From a virus, in IMG/VR virus record IMGVR_UViG_3300045988_170068: a stretch of 64,000 bases of DNA; one strand, 5' to 3'. Below, in pieces: positions 17,190 through 23,961 of the stretch (position 1 is its first letter; each line of letters opens with the position of its first letter). Below the pieces are notes generated by a model. It was not told the origin of the DNA. It was given only the letters and a program-made list of their open reading frames with translations, and searched no databases. Made by a program: the position numbers and the translations under genes.

Positions 17190-17221
17190 GCCACAATTTA
17201 TTAGATTGTGCGGATTGAAAC
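17190..17221 (+). repeat. solitary type I-C-like CRISPR repeat unit B
   Basis: GC-CACAATT-TATTA-GATTGTG-CGGATTGAAAC, 32 nt, with the same 2+7+5+7+11 layout as unit A. Begins 2 nt after the tRNA-Thr CCA. Confidence 0.65.
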
Positions 17222-17276
17222 CATCTCATCTCCTTCCTGATCCAGTTTCTGGTCTGGATAAAAACCATGTAAATAT

Positions 17277-17352
17277 GCTGATGTAGCTCAACAGGTTAGA
17301 GCCGGCGACTTATAATCGTCAGATTCGAGTTCGACTCTCGGCGTCAGTACCA
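17277..17352 (+). tRNA. tRNA-Ile(TAT)
   Basis: Acceptor GCTGATG/CGTCAGT (two G-U pairs), anticodon loop CTTATAA, T-loop TTCGACT and encoded CCA. Confidence 0.8.
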
Positions 17353-17545
17353 GGGGTAACCAAACTACCTTAATCGTTTGGTGAGGACTCAAGTTACTCG
17401 AGTTAGGTCAGCTTGACATCCAATAGTGAGGACCTACGACAGGTGAGAATGACGGCTTAGTCCTTTCTTGAATAAACAGAACCTGACCCATTGGCCAAAA
17501 GGGTGAACGCTGCTTCAAGGTAAAGAAAGGCAACAAATTCTATAT

Positions 17546-17622
17546 GGGAGCATAGCTCAGTTGGTTAGAGCGCATGACTGTTAATCATGATGTCGAAGGT
17601 TCGAGTCCTTCTGTTCCCGCCA
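17546..17622 (+). tRNA. tRNA-Asn(GTT)
   Basis: Acceptor GGGAGCA/TGTTCCC, anticodon loop CTGTTAA, T-loop TTCGAGT and encoded CCA. Confidence 0.9.
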
Positions 17623-18170
17623 GCGCCTATATCAGTCTAGGTCTTGAAATGATATAGAGACCAATGCATTATCTTTTTAGAAAGGTAGTGTATCTGATGA
17701 AAAAGAGATCATCAACTCTCGGCGAATTATAACTTGACGAATTTTTCTTTTGAAACAAAGAAGTAGCAGGTTCGTCTCTGCGCTTAATCTACTGAACTGC
17801 AATGTTGATGTAAGCAGTAATTAGGTTCCCAAACCAATTCAGGGAGATTAAGAAAAAGTTTGCTTATTTAGTAGAAAGAGGGTTGGAGGGGCACAGCAAG
17901 TAGAATAAAAGGACCTATCCAGAATGCCAGGATTGACATCATAAAATGATGTCAATGAGAGCATCAGTATTAGACCACGGTGAAGCGATGTGATGATGAT
18001 AGGAATTGGGACTATCTAATTTCATCTAATGCCGGTATACATCTGGTTGTGTAGGTAGGCAACAAATTTGAAAGCTATTACAGGATGTGCCAAGGAGTAG
18101 AAGTAATCACCTCTGTCTACTGTGTATTTCTTCTAAATAAGTTCAACTTTTTTATTAAGGAGTTTGAAAA
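17623..18170 (+). ncRNA. ~550-nt ORF-free hairpin-rich block (candidate structured ncRNA)
   Basis: No ORF of 60 aa or more on either strand. Perfect 10-bp hairpin TTGACATCAT-AAA-ATGATGTCAA at 17932-17954. CTATATCA/TGATATAG near 17626-17662. Confidence 0.3.
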
Positions 18171-18386
18171 ATGAAAACAATCACTTTTATCAGTTATGAT
18201 AAATATCCAAAAACATTTAGAAAGTTTCACATTTTTAAGAAGCGTTTTTCTTCGTTATCAGATATTGCTAGATTCCTGCAAGTTTCTAGTAAAATCTATT
18301 TGAAAAATCCGATGAACGAGTTGTCTAAAGACGAACTAAGAATTCTTTCAATGAAAGTTCGATCGTTAAATAAAATGAAGGTGTAG
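18171..18386 (+). CDS. hypothetical protein
   Basis: 71-aa ORF with AAGGAG upstream. Its last 10 nt overlap the start of tRNA-Lys. Confidence 0.4.
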   Translation: MKTITFISYDKYPKTFRKFHIFKKRFSSLSDIARFLQVSSKIYLKNPMNELSKDELRILSMKVRSLNKMKV

Positions 18387-18452
18387 CTCAGTAGGTAGAG
18401 CACCTGCCTTTTAAGCAGGCTGTCAAGAGTTCGAATCTCTTCACCTTCACCA
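18377..18452 (+). tRNA. tRNA-Lys(TTT)
   Basis: Acceptor GAAGGTG/CACCTTC, anticodon loop CTTTTAA, T-loop TTCGAAT and encoded CCA. Confidence 0.9.
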
Positions 18453-18458
18453 AAATAT

Positions 18459-18543
18459 GCACCTGTGGTGGAACTGGCAGACACGCTTGACTTAGGATCA
18501 AGTGCCTTCAGGTTTAAGGGTTCGAGTCCCTTCAGGTGCACCA
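18459..18543 (+). tRNA. tRNA-Leu(TAG)
   Basis: Acceptor GCACCTG/CAGGTGC, anticodon loop CTTAGGA, long variable arm and encoded CCA. Confidence 0.9.
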
Positions 18544-18548
18544 TATAT

Positions 18549-18587
18549 GGAGGATTAGCTCAGCTGGTTAGAGCAACTGACTTACAT
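18549..18587 (+). pseudogene. 5' fragment of a disrupted tRNA-Val(TAC) gene
   Basis: GGAGGAT-TA-GCTC-AGCTGGTTA-GAGC-A-ACTGA-CTTACAT. No complementary TCAGT follows. Confidence 0.7.
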
Positions 18588-18630
18588 CTTTAGTGTAACC
18601 CAAATAGTAATTACCTAATATAAATGTGAG

Positions 18631-19455
18631 GTGATAAATTTGAGCAAACTTAAAGATGTAATGTCAAGAATATCAGATATGACGAACGGGAGGTATTCAA
18701 TAGCAGGAGAATTCAAAGGATATGATCAACCCTTATCAATAAGATGCAATATTCATAAACAAGTATTTGATATAAAACACGCACAATATTTACTTGAGGT
18801 CTGTAAAAATCCTAACAAAATATTCTATGGATGCAAAGAATGTAGAAAAGAAAAGGACGGCACAATTGAATTAAATTGCGAAATTTGTGGAAAGAAAATT
18901 ATCAGACCTAGAGGTTGGGCAAATGGAAACAAAAGCAAATTTGCTTTCTGTTGTAGAGAACATAAGAATATTGCCCAAAGGTTAGAATCAGGATTTGGTG
19001 ATATGATTCCATCGCATTATGGAACAAGAAAAGATTACCGATACATAGCTTTCAGAATATATCCGCATAAATGCGCAGTTTGCGGCTGGGACGAGGATGA
19101 AAGAATATTGGAAGTTCATCATAAAGATATGAACAGAGAAAACAATTCCGACGATAACTTAATTATCCTTTGCCCAAATTGCCATTCAAAAATATCAAAA
19201 GGATTGTATATGCTGCAAGGTAATTTACTTGTTGATCCCGATGATAACTACTTAAAGTTCTTTAGTTTGCATACTTACAGAACTAAATCTCCTGGTATGT
19301 CTTGTAAAGTAATTTGCGTAGAAGATGGCTTAGTTTTCAAGTCAATAACAGAATGTGCAAATCACTACAGAGTATCGGATACAACTATCAATTATGCTAC
19401 TGTATCTGATAATAAATTATGCAAATCCTTAGATAAGCATTTTGAGAGGATATAA
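18631..19455 (+). CDS. HNH homing endonuclease
   Basis: HHKDMNRENNSDDNLIILCPNCH. Several CxxC pairs. C-terminal VFKSITECANHY DNA-binding-like module. The start is GTG 18631, TTG 18640 or ATG 18661. Confidence 0.8.
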   Translation: MINLSKLKDVMSRISDMTNGRYSIAGEFKGYDQPLSIRCNIHKQVFDIKHAQYLLEVCKNPNKIFYGCKECRKEKDGTIELNCEICGKKIIRPRGWANGNKSKFAFCCREHKNIAQRLESGFGDMIPSHYGTRKDYRYIAFRIYPHKCAVCGWDEDERILEVHHKDMNRENNSDDNLIILCPNCHSKISKGLYMLQGNLLVDPDDNYLKFFSLHTYRTKSPGMSCKVICVEDGLVFKSITECANHYRVSDTTINYATVSDNKLCKSLDKHFERI

Positions 19456-19457
19456 AT

Positions 19458-19532
19458 GCACCGTGTCCTCGGTGGTCTGAGGGCTTGGCTTACATCCAAG
19501 TACATTGAGTTCGATTCTCAAACGGTGTACCA
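19458..19532 (+). tRNA. tRNA-Val(TAC), divergent replacement copy
   Basis: Acceptor GCACCGT/ACGGTGT (G1-U72), anticodon arm CTTGG-CTTACAT-CCAAG, T arm TTGAG-TTCGATT-CTCAA and encoded CCA. Starts 2 nt after the HNH stop. Confidence 0.8.
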
Positions 19533-19559
19533 AAAGTTCGAATCTTGCATTCTCCACCA
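19533..19559 (+). pseudogene. 3' fragment of the disrupted tRNA-Val gene
   Basis: ..GTTCGAATCTTGC-ATTCTCC-A-CCA. ATTCTCC pairs with the GGAGGAT acceptor strand at 18549. The 5' strand of the T stem is missing. Confidence 0.6.
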
Positions 19560-19565
19560 TTATTT

Positions 19566-19642
19566 GGCCAAGTAGTTCAGTTGGTTAGAACGCCAGCCTG
19601 TCACGCTGGAGGTCGAGGGTTCGAGCCCCTTCTTGGTCGCCA
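19566..19642 (+). tRNA. tRNA-Asp(GTC)
   Basis: Acceptor GGCCAAG/CTTGGTC, anticodon loop CTGTCAC, T-loop TTCGAGC and encoded CCA. Confidence 0.9.
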
Positions 19643-19647
19643 TATTT

Positions 19648-19722
19648 GGGTCCGTATTTCAATGGGAGAAAGCTTCTTTTGCACGGAAGAGGTTGCGTGT
19701 TCGAATCACGTCGGATCCACCA
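19648..19722 (+). tRNA. tRNA-Ala(TGC)
   Basis: Acceptor GGGTCCG/CGGATCC with the G3-U70 identity pair, anticodon loop TTTGCAC and encoded CCA. Confidence 0.9.
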
Positions 19723-19843
19723 TTTGAGACTTCAGCCAAGTTGGCTAGAAAGTCGTATTAAATGACATACAATGAGACGATACCAAGACTTTAGTTCGTT
19801 ACAGAGCGGTGACTGAATGTCAAATCCCTTATGTCATTTATCT

Positions 19844-19920
19844 GGGCCTTTAGCTCAGTTGGTTAGAGCCTCCGGCTCATAACCGGATCGTCCCGGGTTC
19901 GAATCCCCGAAGGCCCACCA
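19844..19920 (+). tRNA. tRNA-Met(CAT) (elongator or Ile2-type)
   Basis: Acceptor GGGCCTT/AAGGCCC, anticodon loop CTCATAA, one C-C mismatch in the T stem and encoded CCA. Confidence 0.8.
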
Positions 19921-20074
19921 TAATTGGTACAACACGACTGTAACGGCTCCCGCGGTTTAGAGTTGTATCCCGTTTCTTAGTTGAAGCGTGAAGTGTCAAG
20001 AGAGCCTCACCAGACGAGCCATATGGGCACCACCTAGCGGTGAAAAGATATGATAAGCTCGTCAATCATTAAAT

Positions 20075-20151
20075 ACCTCAGTAGCTCAGCTGGATAGAGC
20101 AACTGCCTTCTAAGCAGTAGGCCACAGGTTCGAGTCCTGTTTGAGGTGCCA
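20075..20151 (+). tRNA. tRNA-Arg(TCT)
   Basis: Acceptor ACCTCAG/TTGAGGT, anticodon loop CTTCTAA, T-loop TTCGAGT and encoded CCA. Confidence 0.85.
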
Positions 20152-20224
20152 GAAAGCACATTAAATAACGTGGAATAAAAATAGAGGTTGTGCTGGGACG
20201 TTGAGCCTCTTGTAAAAACAATAA

Positions 20225-20293
20225 GATGCTTTACGCCAGTAGGTAGACGGCTCTTGTACAGAGAAGCCGCTGGTTCGATTCCAGCAATCATCA
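20225..20293 (+). pseudogene. degenerate tRNA-like sequence (GTA/Tyr-like loop), no CCA
   Basis: Good T arm GCTGG-TTCGATT-CCAGC. Acceptor GATGCTT/AATCATC has one mismatch. The D and anticodon arms pair poorly, and only 44 nt precede the T stem. Confidence 0.3.
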
Positions 20294-20574
20294 AAAGCTG
20301 CTCTGATTGGGTCCATGCTTAATCGAAAGTTGCAGGAAGATAAAAGCCTGCACGCTAATCTTCATCACACAGAGAAGAGAAAGGACAGCAGTAACAATCT
20401 GTCAAAGATCAGATAAGACAGAAAACTCCATCGAGCAAGTAGAGATAGCGCTGTCTTGAAAGCTCAAAAATATCCTATCTGCAGTAGGATATTAAATCTA
20501 GCCCTCCGTGACAACACGGATGGCTTCACTATGAATCGTTATAGTACATATATCGATACAGGGGGGATATCAAT

Positions 20575-20754
20575 ATGGATCAACAAGAATCAACTATTCA
20601 GAATAACATAAGGACACAATCAAAACTTATTCAAGACTACATAGAAAAAGTAAGACAGCAAAAGAAAGAAATTGAAATGCTTCAATCCGAAATAGATAGG
20701 CTTACCTTTATCATTCAAGACTATCAATGTATGATGATTGTTAATAAGAGGTGA
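20575..20754 (+). CDS. small coiled-coil protein (59 aa; below the track cutoff)
   Basis: ATG 20575 follows GGGGGGA. Heptad-like KKEIEMLQSEIDRL. Preceded by an AATCGTTAT box at 20533. Confidence 0.35.
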   Translation: MDQQESTIQNNIRTQSKLIQDYIEKVRQQKKEIEMLQSEIDRLTFIIQDYQCMMIVNKR

Positions 20755-20759
20755 AATAA

Positions 20760-22676
20760 ATTAGTTTCAATGCACTTGAAAAGAAAATAAAGGAGAATGC
20801 TCAGAAATACTATACAGATGGGTCTCAGTCAATGACAGACTCAGAATTTGATTCTGCAGTAATCGAACTAAAAAAGTCAAAACCCAATTCAGAATTATTT
20901 ACAACAGGTTGGGGATATGATCCAAATGAAAACAATTCCGGAAAGAAGTTCAAACATAGATACGGAATAGTTGGATCATTAGATAAAGTTCATAATTGGG
21001 AAGAACTGCAGAAAGATCTTAGAGACATAGAAGTAATTGCATCATTGAAGCTTGATGGTCTAAGTGTAGTTTTATATTATATTGACGGCAAACTTGATCA
21101 AGCTCTTACCCGTGGCGACGGAAAAATTGGAATTGACATCACTGACAAGGTCTTGTTCATCAATTCTAAACTGAAGCAAATTGATAAGACATTTACAGGA
21201 GGCGTTAGAGGAGAAATCCTTATGTCCTACCCTGCGTTTGAAAACTACGCTAAAGATCATGAAGACGCTAAGAATCCTAGAAACACTACTGCAGGTCTCA
21301 TAAATGCAAAAGAAATTTCATCGGATTTGAGACTTCTAGATATTGTTTTCTATAAAGTAGTTGGATGTAGTGAAGACAGATTCGATAACTATGTTGATAT
21401 GCTGAACTATATTGAATCTCAGTTCTATCCTTATGTTGTAGATTATGAGAATGTTTCTCTATTTGAGAAAGCAATCATTTACAAGATGAACGATCTAAGA
21501 TCTATATGGTATGGTCATTATCCTGCAGATGGAATTGTGGTTGCAAGAAATGATTTAGGCAGACTTACTCAAAATGAAACTGGAAATATGAATAGCGATG
21601 AAACAAACGAAACAATTTATACATTTGTTTCACAAGCATTCAAATTTCCTGCTGAAACAAAAGAAGCAAAAGTAGAATGTGTTGAATGGTCTTTGAGTAA
21701 AACAAAATATCTCATTCCAAAAGTGAAGATTGAACCTACACAGCTTTCAGGAACAACTGTCCAGTATACAGCAGGATTTAATGCTGAGTATATTATGAAT
21801 AACAAGATAGGTCCGGGATCTGTAGTTGAAATATGCAAGTCAGGAGAAATAATCCCTGATATTCAAAGTGTTGTAAAAATTTCCGATGAAGTTAAACTGC
21901 CTATAATTTGTCCATTCTGCGGAGAATATCTTGAATGGAAAGGTGTGCACTTATTCTGCCCTAATATTGATTGCGGTCATTCTAAGATGACTGATTTGCT
22001 TATTTGGTGTTCAAAACTTGTTCCAATTGATGGGCTTGGAGCTAAAATAAGAGAAAAATTCTTTACAGAAATTTATGGAGAGGAATACTGCACTGTCGAT
22101 CAAATAATGAAATATCCTGTATTGACCCGTGCAAAGGTACCTGATATTGACAAAGGAAAGCAGTATCAGCTATTTAGAGATTCTCTACTAGATCTTTTCA
22201 GAAATAAATTCAATATCGTTAATGTTCTTGAAGCTCTTAATATTCCAAGACTTGGACATGAAACAGCAAAGAAACTGTCTAAGTATCCAGATGTTATCAA
22301 GAAACTTGCAAAAAATGATGAAAATACCTTCATGAACCTTCATTCATTCATTGGAAATGCAAACGCAGATTCTATCAATGAGCATAGAGAAAAGTTCATG
22401 CGTATCAATTTCCTGTTAGATAGAGATGGAATTGATTGGAATGTGACAGAATCTTCTAATATAAGAGTTGCAATAACAGGTAAACTATCATGTAAGCGAG
22501 CGGATTTTGAGAAAGAGCTTGAATCAATTGGAATCTCAGTTGGTTCAATAAATAATGAAACAAAATACTTGATTACTGATGACCCTAATAGTTCTTCAGA
22601 AAAGAATAGAAAGGCAGACAAATTAGGGATCAAAAAGATAACAGAAAAAGATTTCAGAAAACTTTTCAATATTTAG
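20760..22676 (+). CDS. ligA: NAD-dependent DNA ligase (proposed non-AUG ATT start; first ATG at 20832)
   Basis: KLDG adenylation motif. Zn finger CPFCGEYLEW..CPNIDC. HhH and C-terminal BRCT-like regions. The in-frame upstream stretch ..LEKKIKENAQKYYTDGSQS- completes the domain Ia YY..D...sD.E(F/Y)D signature. GAGGTG lies 6 nt before ATT 20760. Confidence 0.8.
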   Translation: MSFNALEKKIKENAQKYYTDGSQSMTDSEFDSAVIELKKSKPNSELFTTGWGYDPNENNSGKKFKHRYGIVGSLDKVHNWEELQKDLRDIEVIASLKLDGLSVVLYYIDGKLDQALTRGDGKIGIDITDKVLFINSKLKQIDKTFTGGVRGEILMSYPAFENYAKDHEDAKNPRNTTAGLINAKEISSDLRLLDIVFYKVVGCSEDRFDNYVDMLNYIESQFYPYVVDYENVSLFEKAIIYKMNDLRSIWYGHYPADGIVVARNDLGRLTQNETGNMNSDETNETIYTFVSQAFKFPAETKEAKVECVEWSLSKTKYLIPKVKIEPTQLSGTTVQYTAGFNAEYIMNNKIGPGSVVEICKSGEIIPDIQSVVKISDEVKLPIICPFCGEYLEWKGVHLFCPNIDCGHSKMTDLLIWCSKLVPIDGLGAKIREKFFTEIYGEEYCTVDQIMKYPVLTRAKVPDIDKGKQYQLFRDSLLDLFRNKFNIVNVLEALNIPRLGHETAKKLSKYPDVIKKLAKNDENTFMNLHSFIGNANADSINEHREKFMRINFLLDRDGIDWNVTESSNIRVAITGKLSCKRADFEKELESIGISVGSINNETKYLITDDPNSSSEKNRKADKLGIKKITEKDFRKLFNI

Positions 22677-22688
22677 GAGGAATTTTCA

Positions 22689-23630
22689 ATGGAACTAATT
22701 AACCCAAGCGTAGAAATGATAAATGAAAGAGATATTTATAAACGAATTGAGCTTGCAGGGAGGACCTGCTATAAGTCAGAAGACAAGATTAAAGAAGACT
22801 CTGCAAAAAAGTTTGTTAGAGCTATGATTAAGAGTAATCATACTGCTATGCTGGAGCATGCGTCACTTGTATTTCAAGTAGATTCATATTTTGTTTGGGA
22901 AAAAATCAAGAGATGTAATAGAAGATATCTGAATCTAACTGAATGCTACGTTCCTACAGGATACAACAACCAAGAGAGACGGCTGCTTGTTTCCGGTAAC
23001 ATTCGAGCTATCAACGAATCTAAAAATCCTTTTCTGCTTGAAGCTATGGTGAATGCAGGATACGGTGACGCAGTATATGGTGACCCTACAGTAGAAACAA
23101 ATAATGAATACGATGTAGAGGTTCGAGTTGTCAATCTCATTGATCTTGAAAATATTCAGAGAGAAGAAATTTTGAACCACTACTATCCCTCTTTCAGATG
23201 CATCACAGATAGGGCAGTAACTCATGAGATGGTTCGTCATCGTCCAGCAAGTTTTGCTCAAGAGTCTCAGAGATATGTAAACTATGAAAAGAAGGGTGGA
23301 CTAGAATTCATCAAGCCCTATTGGTATGATTCGGCTTCCGAGAATGAAAAAATCTCTTTCAAATTCTCTCTTCAGAACTCCGAGGGAATATACAAAGAAC
23401 TGATTGAGGCAGGTTTGAAGCCTCAAGAAGCAAGAGGTGTCCTTCCTAACGCAACTAAAACAGAAATTGTAATGACAGCTCCTATTTATGAATGGCAGCA
23501 TTTTCTGAATCTTAGATATTTCGGAACAACAGGAGCACCTCATCCCGATATCAAGAACATTGCAAAATACATTCATGACTACTTGAAAGACGATATGATT
23601 GTAAGTAAATACGGTGCAATTGTTCTATAA
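22689..23630 (+). CDS. thyX: flavin-dependent thymidylate synthase
   Basis: ThyX signature RHRPASFAQESQRY with GGAGG upstream. Confidence 0.9.
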   Translation: MELINPSVEMINERDIYKRIELAGRTCYKSEDKIKEDSAKKFVRAMIKSNHTAMLEHASLVFQVDSYFVWEKIKRCNRRYLNLTECYVPTGYNNQERRLLVSGNIRAINESKNPFLLEAMVNAGYGDAVYGDPTVETNNEYDVEVRVVNLIDLENIQREEILNHYYPSFRCITDRAVTHEMVRHRPASFAQESQRYVNYEKKGGLEFIKPYWYDSASENEKISFKFSLQNSEGIYKELIEAGLKPQEARGVLPNATKTEIVMTAPIYEWQHFLNLRYFGTTGAPHPDIKNIAKYIHDYLKDDMIVSKYGAIVL

Positions 23631-23705
23631 TCACAACTAAATTGTAAACAGAAAATCACCTTCTGAACCTTGTATACATCCGAACCAGGTCAGGAGGTGA
23701 TTTCT

Positions 23706-23939
23706 ATGTGTAACAATTGTTTTCTTGAAATTCCAGATACATGTATTAAAATTTTTGAAGGATCAAAAGTTCGACTAGGAAGATTTGAAACTCAAGTTTG
23801 GGTTTTGCATCATGGATGGTATACATGTAATGGAAATAGGCCGCACTGTGGGTGGTACTTTGTTAACTTAGATAATCCTTCAATGATAAAACCTGTATCA
23901 TTGCCTGATTTATACGATATATATTTAGTAGAAAACTAA
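23706..23939 (+). CDS. hypothetical small protein, paralog of the N-terminus of the next gene
   Basis: ATG 23706 follows CAGGAGGTGA. VWVLHHGWYTCNGNRPHCGWYF resembles WIVRQGWFSYQGQQRNGWYF in 23962-24591. Confidence 0.5.
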   Translation: MCNNCFLEIPDTCIKIFEGSKVRLGRFETQVWVLHHGWYTCNGNRPHCGWYFVNLDNPSMIKPVSLPDLYDIYLVEN

Positions 23940-23961
23940 ACCTTGAAAGGAGGTGAACGAA

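Noticed and set aside
12102-17221. Treating the I-C-like repeats as a CRISPR array.
   Set aside because: The units are 2-3 kb apart, differ in stem sequence, have no partner repeat a spacer-length away, and there are no cas genes. I report them as solitary units instead.
18588-19457. Group I intron in the anticodon loop of tRNA-Val as an explanation for the split gene.
   Set aside because: Only about 44 nt of non-coding sequence lies 5' of the HNH ORF and 2 nt lies 3' of it, which is too little for a ribozyme core. The 3' fragment also lacks the anticodon-stem and T-stem strands needed for an exon.
12276-20294. Track ORFs overlapping tRNA genes and spacers (12276-12602, 12575-12805, 13042-13317, 14919-15179, 16277-16465, 18296-18544, 19545-19727, 19877-20065, 20034-20294).
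   Set aside because: Each is built from tRNA sequence or its reverse complement. They have no SD and no recognisable protein features.
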